Assembly (NCBI GenBank): GCA_043825735.1
Contig: JBDRRP010000103.1
Location: 1-37,776 of the forward strand
From: Pseudomonadota bacterium
GTDB lineage: Bacteria; Desulfobacterota; Desulfobacteria; Desulfobacterales; JBDRRP01
Length of the DNA: 37,776 nucleotides
Direction: 5' to 3'
Made by a program: the position numbers and the translations under genes. Each line of letters begins with the position of its first letter. The stretch's first letter is position 1. Under the pieces are notes generated by a model. That model saw only the letters and a list, made by a program, of their open reading frames with translations. It was not told where the DNA came from and made no database searches. This document shows, piece by piece, positions 1 to 9,031 of this stretch.

Positions 1-44
1 ATCCCACCATATCCCGCCGGTATCAAACCTCGTGTCAGGTCACA
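1..44 (+). repeat. Exact second copy of the terminal 44 bp of the phage left end
   Basis: 1-44 is identical to 37688-37731; identity stops exactly after the terminal CA (next bases ttcaa vs gccgc). Confidence 0.97.
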
Positions 45-175
45 TTCAAGCCGAAATTGGTTAGAACACGGTTAGCATGATCCGGCATTTGTCAATGCAC
101 GGGGCTGCCGCAGTGCAATTCTCGGTGGTGTCCGTTTGAGGGGTTTTCCATGAATGCGGAGAAATACCCGGGGGC

Positions 176-228
176 TGTAACGTGACGCGCGGTTTGATCC
201 CATTTGACGGGTGGTTTGAACCCTCGTT
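176..228 (+). repeat. Right end (attR-like) with two tandem transposase-binding sites
   Basis: TGACGCGCGGTTTGATCCC at 183 and TGACGGGTGGTTTGAACCC at 205, 22 bp apart; 205-228 is a perfect 24-bp inverted copy of 37543-37566. Confidence 0.88.
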
Positions 229-257
229 GAAGTAGAGGCGAAATTTCGCCATCAGTT

Positions 258-1016
258 TTAAAAATTGGTGATCAGCAGCTCCTTGCCCGCCGTCGTCGCC
301 TTCCTCCCCACGGTATATGTGAGCTCAACCGGTTTTACAACGAACGCCTGAAACACCGATCGCATCTCGGGGTGATCGTTGATGCTCAGGATGAACTGGG
401 CGTTCACCGAGGCCAGGGCGGTGGCCATGTCGGCGTAGTCCTGCAGGGCCAGGTTGTGCTTGTAGCACGGCGCCTGGTAGTAGGGGGGATCCAGGTAGAA
501 AAACGTGCCGGCACGATCATATCGCTTGAGGAAGTCCGCCCACGACAGGTTCTCGATAGTGACGCCGGCCAGGCGCAGGTGGATCTCCGAGAGCTCCTCC
601 TCCATGCGCACCAGGTTGATCCTGGGGCGGCTCATTGGTGCGGTGCCGTAGGTCCGACCACGCACTCGGCCGCCGAAGCACATCCGCTGCAGGTAATAAT
701 AGCGGGCAGCGCGCTGGATATCGGTCAGGCCGCCGGCGTCCTGCTGGCGCTTGAAATCCTCGAACCATTCCCGGCTGGCCAGGAGCCATTTAAATTGCTT
801 TAAAAACTCCTCCAAATGGAATTGCAACACCCGGTAAAAGGCGACCAGGTCGCTGTCGAGATCGTTGATCACTTCGTACTTGGATGGGGGCTTTCTGAAA
901 AACACCCAGGCCCCGCCTGCAAACACCTCGCAGTAGGCCCGGTGGGAGGGGATCATTCCGATGATGGTCTTTGATAGCTTGGATTTTCCTCCGACGTAAG
1001 CAAGTGGGCTGTTCAA
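258..1016 (-). CDS. D12-class (Dam-like) N6-adenine DNA methyltransferase in the mom position
   Basis: YVGGKSKL, EVFAGGA (motif I), INDLD, FFYLDPPY (motif IV), C-terminal ELLITNF; TTG start with GGAGGT RBS. Confidence 0.93.
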   Translation of the reverse strand: MNSPLAYVGGKSKLSKTIIGMIPSHRAYCEVFAGGAWVFFRKPPSKYEVINDLDSDLVAFYRVLQFHLEEFLKQFKWLLASREWFEDFKRQQDAGGLTDIQRAARYYYLQRMCFGGRVRGRTYGTAPMSRPRINLVRMEEELSEIHLRLAGVTIENLSWADFLKRYDRAGTFFYLDPPYYQAPCYKHNLALQDYADMATALASVNAQFILSINDHPEMRSVFQAFVVKPVELTYTVGRKATTAGKELLITNF

Positions 1017-1150
1017 GACACACCTCCGCGTGATATCCAGACCCTGTTTTCCCTGGGCCGTCCGATTTCGGATGTCTGGTTGTGCGGAGTGCAGCCATTC
1101 GCCCCGGGGCAGTTCGCGCTGCCACCGGGGCGGCCCTTATTCGATCGCGG

Positions 1151-1423
1151 CTATGCCGCGGCGTCCGCTGATTGGAGGTCGTCCAGAAAAGCGTCAACCT
1201 GCGCCAGCGTGGCATTGTGCTGGTCAATAAGTTGTTGCCGCGCGGCCTCGACTTGGGCCAGCGTGACGGGCACAAGCTGCCCCTGCTGGATCTCGCCCAT
1301 TTCGTTGTAGGCGCTGGCAGAGACGATGTAATTACCCTTGCCGTTGGGGATGATTTTGACCAGCCCTTTTTCTTTTTTCTGGTCATAGTTGGCGATGTTC
1401 AATCCGGGTACTTGCTGTTGCAT
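1151..1423 (-). CDS. Small hypothetical protein with C-terminal coiled coil, possibly fibre-associated
   Basis: AAGGA upstream of the ATG, directly follows the fibre gene, amphipathic helical C-terminus. Confidence 0.7.
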   Translation of the reverse strand: MQQQVPGLNIANYDQKKEKGLVKIIPNGKGNYIVSASAYNEMGEIQQGQLVPVTLAQVEAARQQLIDQHNATLAQVDAFLDDLQSADAAA

Positions 1424-1445
1424 GGTTCACCGTCCTTTTTGGTTG

Positions 1446-3731
1446 TTAGTGAATGGCGGCGTTTAGTGTGGCCAATTCGGTTGATAGCCGCTGAATTTCG
1501 TGGATCATAGCCGGGATAAAATCTTTATAATGGATGCCACAGGGCAGCCCGTCATCGTCCTTGTAAACGAATTCCGGCACCAGTTCGTTGACCTCCTCGG
1601 CAATCAGGCCCCACCGCTTCATATCTACCGGCATGTCGGTGTGCCCGTAAGGCCCTTTCATGCGCGGGTTGTAAATTACCGGGCGTAGTTTCTGGATAAA
1701 CGATGCTTCGGTATCATCCACCGTGACCACGTTCATTTTGTGGCGAATTGTGGATGAGTCATACCCCAGTTCACCGGAGTCGTTAATCTGCAAGTCCCTG
1801 ATCGTTTCGCCGTTCATGTCGTGGGCGTAGACTGCGGTGAGAGAAACTACTCCCACACTGTCAATGACAAGCCTGTCGTTAATTCCTAATGTGGTGTTAT
1901 CTGATATTTTAAATTTATCTGAATCGCTATTATCAATACCAATGGAATAACTTTCAGCACCATCGACAGTTAAAACGATAAACGGATCTGCCGCTGTAGC
2001 CCCGGCGACAGCAAGCGATAGCCTTGCATATGAATCCGTAGTATTTGAAGAATTGCTAATTCTTTGCGATACTATCCCGCCTGATTTTAGCTTTAATATA
2101 TCCAAATCTACTTGCGGAGTGTTTGTCCCGATTCCAATGAGCCCTTCACTCCCCTGAACAAACAGAGCATTTGCCTGTCCTACTGCTTCCCACCTTTGGT
2201 CGATATCTTGAGCGTTTTCGTTCCAAACGACACCGCCTTGATTGACATTCCCGTTATACCCATAGACGTTGAAGACTTCACGTTCCGTACCGTCCATGAG
2301 TATTTTTATTTTCAGTCCACCGGATTCATCGCCGGATGTTACGTCACCAGAGTAGCCCTCGATCCTGACATATCTTGCATGAGTAGATATGCTTGAATTT
2401 AAGCCATAGAAGGACATTGTACCAAGCAAATCATTATCTGCTGGGGAAGTCGAAGTTTTGTAAAAATCTAAAGCCCCAGTCCCTGCTCCCGCCTCTGTAT
2501 TCTCAATTTTGATTACTGGTTTCGCAGAAGTGGCAGAAGTTAGGTGGAGCATTTCGTCTGGTGAGGTTTCTCCGATACCGACATTGCCCAATGAATGGAC
2601 TACAAGCGCATCGTTTATGGAAGGGGTGTCTATCGAAAATCGGGAATTACCTACAGCGTCAGATTTTAATTTCAAACCATAAACGAAATGGGATAAATCA
2701 GTGGCCGACAGGATGATGCCCCCGTTCTGGCTCACATCCCAAGTTATTGGGGCTATATGTAGTTTCGCGGCAGGGTTGCTTGTGCCGATGCCGATACTCG
2801 TAGCATAAACCAGGCCGGTATCTTTTACGGAAAAATTAAATGCCGTAAGAGATCCGTCCGTATTGACTCCAATTGCGGTTTCTCCGGTATCGGCCTGCCT
2901 AACCAAAAGCGCCGTTTGGCTTCCCCCGGTTGCCGATGTTTGAGAAATAGAGACCAATGGGCGAGTTGCGGTCCCGACGTTTCTATTTACTTCTATTCCT
3001 CTGCCAGTACCAAGTTGTGAGAATACTGCGAGCGCTGTGCCATCATTGGTAGTGTCTGATACATGCAATGGGGATATCGGAGTTATGCCGATACCCACAT
3101 CACAATCGCTAAACGTCAACGTATCCGTCGCAGGAGTACTATCAAGAACAATCCGACCACCAGCCGCAAAGCCGATCCAAGTGTCATCACCACCCATTGT
3201 GATGTTGCCGCCGACCGTGATACCGCCATCCAAAACCAAAGTGCGCCCGGCGTTCACCGGTTCAATGTTCGTGCCGTCATCGGTAAAAACGATGTCAGCG
3301 ACGGTGGCCATGCCGTCCAGTGACAGGGTGCGGAGGTCCCACAGGCTGGCTTCCACGATTTCGCCGCTGCCGTTGGTGGTAAACCCGCCTATTTTCCGGC
3401 TGTTGGTGCCGTTCCATCCGGCCGGGAATGTGGCGTTTTCGCTGACCACGAACACCGGCTGCAGGGTGCCGTCGATCGGGTGGCAGGCATATATAAGGTA
3501 TTGGGTTAGGTTGCCGAAGGCGACGCCGGCATCCAGATCGGCGGCGGTGATGTCGACGTCGTCCGGGACCGAGATCACGGCATCGCCTACCCGGAACCAC
3601 GCCTCTGCCTCGAGGCGCACGGTGGCCGGGTCCACGTAGCTGATGAAGGAGAGCTCGCTCGGCCCCATAATCTCATAGTTTATGGCCAGAGATAAATTGC
3701 CTGCAGTGTTGAAAAGTATCGTGCTGCCCAT
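1446..3731 (-). CDS. Tail fibre / receptor-binding protein with Mtd-like N-terminus and C-terminal peptidase S74 intramolecular chaperone
   Basis: GNVGIG-type repeats (DVGIGITP, SIGIGTSNP, GNVGIGETSP, GLIGIGTNTP); C-terminal SSTIRHKMNV...LRPVIY...WGLIAEEV...PEFV...IHEIQRL is typical of S74 chaperones. Confidence 0.85.
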   Translation of the reverse strand: MGSTILFNTAGNLSLAINYEIMGPSELSFISYVDPATVRLEAEAWFRVGDAVISVPDDVDITAADLDAGVAFGNLTQYLIYACHPIDGTLQPVFVVSENATFPAGWNGTNSRKIGGFTTNGSGEIVEASLWDLRTLSLDGMATVADIVFTDDGTNIEPVNAGRTLVLDGGITVGGNITMGGDDTWIGFAAGGRIVLDSTPATDTLTFSDCDVGIGITPISPLHVSDTTNDGTALAVFSQLGTGRGIEVNRNVGTATRPLVSISQTSATGGSQTALLVRQADTGETAIGVNTDGSLTAFNFSVKDTGLVYATSIGIGTSNPAAKLHIAPITWDVSQNGGIILSATDLSHFVYGLKLKSDAVGNSRFSIDTPSINDALVVHSLGNVGIGETSPDEMLHLTSATSAKPVIKIENTEAGAGTGALDFYKTSTSPADNDLLGTMSFYGLNSSISTHARYVRIEGYSGDVTSGDESGGLKIKILMDGTEREVFNVYGYNGNVNQGGVVWNENAQDIDQRWEAVGQANALFVQGSEGLIGIGTNTPQVDLDILKLKSGGIVSQRISNSSNTTDSYARLSLAVAGATAADPFIVLTVDGAESYSIGIDNSDSDKFKISDNTTLGINDRLVIDSVGVVSLTAVYAHDMNGETIRDLQINDSGELGYDSSTIRHKMNVVTVDDTEASFIQKLRPVIYNPRMKGPYGHTDMPVDMKRWGLIAEEVNELVPEFVYKDDDGLPCGIHYKDFIPAMIHEIQRLSTELATLNAAIH

Positions 3732-3745
3732 GAGACGCGCTCCTT

Positions 3746-4375
3746 TTAGGCCGTGGTATCAGCGGCGACGGCCATCGCCGTGATGTCTTTTTCGGTCGCC
3801 GCCATCGCCGCCCGGATGGAGTCGATCGTGGCGGTGGCGTTGGTCAGCTCGGCCACCGCGGCCCGCTGCCGGGCCACGACGCCGCCGATCTCGGATTGGG
3901 CGGTTGTCATCATGGTCTCGAGCAGATACCGCATCCGGCCGGCGGCGCCGATCGGGCCGTCCGCAGCCTCCGGATCGATGCCGTCCAGCCGGGCCATGTC
4001 GCGCTCGACGTCGGCCACCCGGGCCAGGGCCGACCGGCCGCAATCGGCCCGCGATGCCAGGCGCTGGTATTGCCGGCCGACATCGTCGACCTGGGCCTGC
4101 GCGGATCCGGCCAGGGCGATCGCATCGGCCAGGCGCAGGGACATAGATTCCAACCGGGCCTGCAGCATGGCCATCCGGTCGCCGGCGGCATGCTCGGGCC
4201 ATCTGGCCCATCCCACGCGCCCCTTGAGCTCGAGGATATCGGCCTCACTCAGCAGGCCGTTGCAGGCCTCCGGGGTGAGCCTGGAGACAAACGCCCGGGC
4301 GTCGCCGGCCGGCAGATCCCAGGCCACGTTCCAGACGTCCTCGGCGGTTTTCAGCTTTTTCGGCTTTCCCTTCAT
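3746..4375 (-). CDS. Hypothetical tail-associated protein, coiled-coil rich
   Basis: GGAGGA RBS, in operon; N-terminus MKGKPKKLKTAEDVWN resembles proteins found upstream of mtd-like genes. Confidence 0.7.
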   Translation of the reverse strand: MKGKPKKLKTAEDVWNVAWDLPAGDARAFVSRLTPEACNGLLSEADILELKGRVGWARWPEHAAGDRMAMLQARLESMSLRLADAIALAGSAQAQVDDVGRQYQRLASRADCGRSALARVADVERDMARLDGIDPEAADGPIGAAGRMRYLLETMMTTAQSEIGGVVARQRAAVAELTNATATIDSIRAAMAATEKDITAMAVAADTTA

Positions 4376-4377
4376 CG

Positions 4378-4794
4378 TTATCCTCCGATCTTTTGCAAGG
4401 CGATAAACGCATTGCTTTGGGCGACCAGGTCGGCCACGAAATCCCGGTATTCGGTCCAGCCGATGCCGGTTTCCCCTTCCAGGCGCCGGCGCTGGAGTTT
4501 TAACTCATCCTCCAGGTCATAGCGTGCCCGGATCAGCGCCCGGACCGCACGGTTCACGTCGGCCTTAGAGCTAACCGGCACCCCTTCAAACTCCGGGGCT
4601 GGGGTGATGTCGGCCGAGTGGGCGCCGGTCGCCGGGATCTCCAGGGTCCAGACCGTGCCGAACACGGCTTCCTTCACGCCCTTCAATTCCATGTTGCTTC
4701 CGGCGTAGTGCCGTCCGTCCCGGCACTGGCAATTCTCAACCACCCAAACCACCGCCCCCGTATTCCGGTCGTATATTGCGCAATTAAGGCCCAT
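4378..4794 (-). CDS. Hypothetical protein, possible tail fibre assembly factor
   Basis: Abuts the tail tip gene; C-terminal IRARYDLEDELKL...WTEYRDFV helical motif resembles tail assembly proteins. Confidence 0.65.
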   Translation of the reverse strand: MGLNCAIYDRNTGAVVWVVENCQCRDGRHYAGSNMELKGVKEAVFGTVWTLEIPATGAHSADITPAPEFEGVPVSSKADVNRAVRALIRARYDLEDELKLQRRRLEGETGIGWTEYRDFVADLVAQSNAFIALQKIGG

Positions 4795-7431
4795 TTAAAT
4801 ATCCTGTGCGGACACGTTGTTGCCGGTACCAGAATTTGAAATGCTGGTGCCGCAGTTGTAGGTAATGTTGCCGCCGCCGTAATTATAATCGCTGCCGCTT
4901 TGCAGCTGAATTCCGATCTCATAGGCGTTGTTGTTGGACATATCCACAGTATTGCCAGCTATGACGTTTCGATCACTGCCGCCGCTGCTGGTGCCTACAA
5001 TGATCCCGATATGGGTGTACGTATGCTCGTCATTATCTATTTTGACGTCGCAGGAATCCACCTTGCCGTCACAGTTGTCCAACAAATAGATGCCATAAAC
5101 CGGGGCCGCTAATGACGCAGTTTCAAACCGCACGCTGCAACGGCTGATGCCCCCACGTCCACTGAGCATAATTCCTTCCCGTGCGCTCCATCCGCTTACA
5201 ACGGCCGTTTGCAGCGATACGTTGCAGCCGATCACGTTAATGGCCACAACGCCTTCCACAAATATGCCGCGGCAAGGGCCTGCAACGTTGCATCCGATAA
5301 CAGTCCCCTGGGGCACGTAGCTGACAGAGTTGGTGTGACAGCTAATGCCGTATTCTCTGACGTCCTGCACCGTACAGCCTGAAATTGTCAGGCGCTCGGC
5401 ATCCTCCACCCTGATACCGTACCGGTCGGCCCCGTCCACCATGCAGTCCAGTATTTGCACGTGGTCGATGTCATCTGTGATAATCCCATCATAACCGCCA
5501 CCGATGACATAAACGTCCCGCAACAGCAGTTTTCCGTTGCCCGTTTGCCCCACCACGCCTTGATCTCCGCTGGCGGTTCCGTTTATGTCCAGCCGTAGGT
5601 TTTCCAGCATGACGTGGGCTGTATTGTCGGCGGCAGCGGTCCCATAAACCCGGATCATAGGGGTGTACGTGCTGGTGTTCTGGCTTTCAATGGTGAGATT
5701 GGCTATCCGGTATTGCGTGGTCCGGTCGTATATATCGAAGGCCAAACTGCCGGCGGCGTTTTGGATCACCACGCCGTCACGGGATTCGCCTTCAATGACG
5801 ATGTTTTTTTCCGGCAATGCCACCGTATCCGATAGGGCATAGGTGCCGTTTTTGATGTAAATCCGGCCACCGTCTGCAGGCAGGGCCGCTATGGCGGCTT
5901 CAATGCCTGTAAAATCACCGTCAAATGGGTTCGGGCTGACCGTGATTGTGGAAAGGGTTGACATTATGTTTGCCCACATATCGGGCAGGTCGGTATTAGG
6001 CGCCGTGTCGGCTGCGCTAATGGTGCCGGCGTCATAAACGTCCGCATCATACTCCCTGGCGGTCACTTCAACTTTGTCTTCGGTCTTTAGCTGCATCCCA
6101 AGCACTAAAAAGTTTTTACTGGTCCACCCTGGGGTTGAATGGGTTATCGGGTAAACCCCGCCGACCTCTGCCAGAAGGCCCTTGCTGGACGCTGTGAACT
6201 GAGCAATGATCGACTGCCGCGACTGTTTCATGGCTATGGTGGCAATCATCTTTGCCCGGCCATAATTCGCGGTAAACGGCAGGTCAATCGTTTTCTCCAG
6301 CAGAATCCCGTTGTCTTGAGAGAGATATGTAGAGGATGATGCCGGCGCGATGTCCGGTTGCCAATTGCGAGCAGGATTGAAAAAGTTTGATACCACGCGG
6401 TTCATGCGGTCCCGTTTCCCGCCCAGACTTATTTTCCATGACCCCACGATATTGCTTTCGTTAAATTCAAAACTCTCAGGCGTCCGCGCCCGATCAATGA
6501 TTGTTCTGAATTTTCCGGCCGTATAGACCAGAAACCCCCGGCATGGTGAAAGCAGCCTCTCGACATTGCGCATCGGGATCACGCCGGTATCCACCAGCCC
6601 ATCACAAGTGTAGCGTTCCTGGCTTGCGCCGGCCACCGTTACCATTTCTTCGCAGTGGTTGGCCTCGCTGTTGTTGAAGGTGTCGTCCATCTTTGCAGAA
6701 TCGATACGGCACCCATAAATCGTGTTGGTGAGGTAATCGCGCAGGCACAGGATAGGATTGTTTGAAAAGCCGGTTGTGGACGTCCTGGGGTCGTAAACCA
6801 GTTTTCCGTCAACGTCTGCGGTGATAACTGGCACCGCTCTGAAGACATTGCGATCAAATTTAAACCAGACCCTCACGTATGCCACGCCGCTCAACTTGTG
6901 ATCGGTTGTCCATCCGGCGAAGGTGCTAACCAGACTGGAGTCAGCCGCCTGGGTGCTGGTGCCAGTATATTTTGCGATGCCAAACAAACCTGAAAAACGG
7001 CTATCGGTGCTGGGGATGTCATCAAAATAAACGGTATTTATGGCTGATATTTCGCCTTCACAAAGTGCTACCACTATCCAAAGATATTCATTGCTTGCTC
7101 CTGAAACGCCCATGAAAACCCGAGTGCCACCCACGCGACGGCTGCCATAAATCACAGGGATAGGCGCATTGTTTGACTGTTTGTTGGTGAGTATTGCGCT
7201 TGCCTGTGTCTGCATCTCACCAGGGGATGGCAATGACGGCATTGTTATTTGGGGGTCCTGAGATGACCCCATGAAAAGCGCGTTTCCGGCATACGACACA
7301 GCGATGGTGACACCGATAGCAATGGCTGCTGCCGCTAAGCTGCCAGCCGCCACTATTCCAGCGGATACGGCAGCCCCGGCAGCCGCGGTGCCGGCGGCAT
7401 ATGCGCCTATTGCAATGATTACAGGGGCCAC
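4795..7431 (-). CDS. Central tail tip (J-like / GTA-like) protein with C-terminal right-handed beta-helix
   Basis: PIPVIYGSRRVGG, ALCEGEI, NNPILCLRDYLTNTIYG motifs; then FTGIEAAIAALPADGGRIYIKNGTY...IVIEGESRDGVVI and beta-helix repeats. Confidence 0.88.
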   Translation of the reverse strand: MAPVIIAIGAYAAGTAAAGAAVSAGIVAAGSLAAAAIAIGVTIAVSYAGNALFMGSSQDPQITMPSLPSPGEMQTQASAILTNKQSNNAPIPVIYGSRRVGGTRVFMGVSGASNEYLWIVVALCEGEISAINTVYFDDIPSTDSRFSGLFGIAKYTGTSTQAADSSLVSTFAGWTTDHKLSGVAYVRVWFKFDRNVFRAVPVITADVDGKLVYDPRTSTTGFSNNPILCLRDYLTNTIYGCRIDSAKMDDTFNNSEANHCEEMVTVAGASQERYTCDGLVDTGVIPMRNVERLLSPCRGFLVYTAGKFRTIIDRARTPESFEFNESNIVGSWKISLGGKRDRMNRVVSNFFNPARNWQPDIAPASSSTYLSQDNGILLEKTIDLPFTANYGRAKMIATIAMKQSRQSIIAQFTASSKGLLAEVGGVYPITHSTPGWTSKNFLVLGMQLKTEDKVEVTAREYDADVYDAGTISAADTAPNTDLPDMWANIMSTLSTITVSPNPFDGDFTGIEAAIAALPADGGRIYIKNGTYALSDTVALPEKNIVIEGESRDGVVIQNAAGSLAFDIYDRTTQYRIANLTIESQNTSTYTPMIRVYGTAAADNTAHVMLENLRLDINGTASGDQGVVGQTGNGKLLLRDVYVIGGGYDGIITDDIDHVQILDCMVDGADRYGIRVEDAERLTISGCTVQDVREYGISCHTNSVSYVPQGTVIGCNVAGPCRGIFVEGVVAINVIGCNVSLQTAVVSGWSAREGIMLSGRGGISRCSVRFETASLAAPVYGIYLLDNCDGKVDSCDVKIDNDEHTYTHIGIIVGTSSGGSDRNVIAGNTVDMSNNNAYEIGIQLQSGSDYNYGGGNITYNCGTSISNSGTGNNVSAQDI

Positions 7432-7432
7432 C

Positions 7433-7858
7433 TTAAAACCTCCATAATCTGTAGTTTTGAATCATTCTCGGCGGCACGTATAAAATGCCCTTGCCTGGAA
7501 TTGCGCATATCGCCCTATCTGAAACGTAAACCATGCCCGCCTGCATCTGGATTTGTCCGCATGAATCCGGTTGTATTAAAATATCCCCGGTCTGCTCAAA
7601 GCCTGGGCTGATAGCCACGGCCCCGGCCCCGGCCACTACGTCTTCCAGCGTGAAATGCAAAGAGGCATGAAACTGCACGGCGGTTGCCTCGTCATCGTAT
7701 TCCGCAAAAAGCAGCGCGGTAAAATCGTTGGTATCCAGGATTATGTCCATAGCCCTGGCCACCAGCATGTTGCAGTCATTCCAGCCCCACGAAAAGGGCT
7801 GGCCTCTGAGCGATGCCGACCAGCGAACCAATGCCACGCGCTTTTCTTCGGTAATCAT
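7433..7858 (-). CDS. NlpC/P60-like tail tip protein (DUF6950-like)
   Basis: PFSWGWNDCNMLVA and QTGDIL motifs; ATGA overlap with upstream gene. Confidence 0.75.
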   Translation of the reverse strand: MITEEKRVALVRWSASLRGQPFSWGWNDCNMLVARAMDIILDTNDFTALLFAEYDDEATAVQFHASLHFTLEDVVAGAGAVAISPGFEQTGDILIQPDSCGQIQMQAGMVYVSDRAICAIPGKGILYVPPRMIQNYRLWRF

Positions 7859-8421
7859 GCCTTTCCCCACACGATGTCTGTCACTATCTCCGAAGCGAAT
7901 GAAAATCCTTTGTCTCCAGGGTAAAAAATCTGCTGTGACTCGTGGTTTGTATATCGGCCAGACTGCTTTTCGAAATCGACAAAGTGGTTAGCACAAGTAA
8001 CAGCGACGATGCATTTCCCGGTTTCCGGATCTTCATCAATAACCGGCTCGTCCATCCTGCCGTCGAACCAGAGCACGGGGCTGCTGATTACCGCCTCGCT
8101 GTCATCCAGCCACGCCCGGTAGACAAGCACCTGCCGGTCGGTGTAGTCATAGTTCAGGAACTGGCTAATGAACGCCTGATCCACACCAGACAACGACAAC
8201 GTAACGCTCGACACCTGCAACGTCGCAGTCTCCGAAATGTCAGAGATCCCCATAAAATGGCCGGTCATCAGGTACGTGTGGCCGTCCCAAATGATGTTGC
8301 GATACGCATCCGTCAGATAAAACGTGGTGGAATCAAAGATCACCTGCACCAAATGGATTGGGCGGTTTTGGTTTTTGGCTACCTCTGCGATGACCGATGC
8401 TGATGCCCCTCGGCTGGTCAT
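7855..8421 (-). CDS. Tail hub / DUF2163-like minor tail protein
   Basis: Probable start MTSRGAS at 8421; WDGHTY, LSLSGVD, FDGRMD, RYTNHESQQIFYPGDKGF, IVWGK motifs. Confidence 0.8.
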   Translation of the reverse strand: MTSRGASASVIAEVAKNQNRPIHLVQVIFDSTTFYLTDAYRNIIWDGHTYLMTGHFMGISDISETATLQVSSVTLSLSGVDQAFISQFLNYDYTDRQVLVYRAWLDDSEAVISSPVLWFDGRMDEPVIDEDPETGKCIVAVTCANHFVDFEKQSGRYTNHESQQIFYPGDKGFSFASEIVTDIVWGKA

Positions 8422-8422
8422 G

Positions 8423-9031
8423 TTATTCCGGCCTTTCGATAAACTGTATAGCTTTGGTAAACTCAAACGTGGGGCCGTCCAGCGCAAACCCAGACCGATC
8501 ATCCAGTAGCCCCACCGTGAACGGTACATCCGTGACCGTGATAACAGCTTCGTTTACCGGGGATGCAAGTAGCGCTGGATCGATGCTGATGTCAGCCTCA
8601 CCGCTGCCGTCGCTGTCAGCGTTTGCCGTAATCATGTAAACCTTGTTGTGACCGGCAAACCTGATAAAATCCCCGGCCAGGACAATACCCGTCTGCGAGG
8701 CAGTCCACCCCTTTGTCGCTATTGTTCGTCCGGTCTGGCTGGCGCCGTCTACGAGCGGGGTTCCAGAAACCGATCCTCGCGGGTCATCCACTACCGGGGG
8801 GGTGTACGTAAACGTGTCATACTGGCCGCGCTGGGCCACCAAAAACGCGAAAATCGGCGCAAGCTCTGCCCTGGTCAGCCCCTTTGGAAAGTCCAGCGTC
8901 AAAAACCACCGATGCCCCCCGCGCTGGCTTACCTGCCTGGATTGATTGTGCGCCGTTGACACAAAGGTCGGATAAAATGATTCAATGCTGACCTTGCTCG
9001 GCGCCGGGGTTGTCGGAAATGTGCCGCTCAT
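8423..9031 (-). CDS. Distal tail (Dit-like) protein
   Basis: Immediately after tape measure gene with ATGA overlap; RGGHRWFLTLDFP, IFAFLVAQRGQYDTF, AGDFIRF motifs. Confidence 0.72.
   Translation of the reverse strand: MSGTFPTTPAPSKVSIESFYPTFVSTAHNQSRQVSQRGGHRWFLTLDFPKGLTRAELAPIFAFLVAQRGQYDTFTYTPPVVDDPRGSVSGTPLVDGASQTGRTIATKGWTASQTGIVLAGDFIRFAGHNKVYMITANADSDGSGEADISIDPALLASPVNEAVITVTDVPFTVGLLDDRSGFALDGPTFEFTKAIQFIERPE

Noticed and set aside
171..175. 5-bp target-site duplication
   Set aside because: ggggc does not match gccgc (37732-37736) or ttcaa (45-49)
61..252. 63-aa ORF at the window start
   Set aside because: Spans the phage end and foreign flank, so it is a junction artefact
258..4800. 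Intact DGR or Gin-type invertible fibre segment
   Set aside because: No reverse transcriptase, avd, TR/VR pair, invertase or flanking inverted repeats seen
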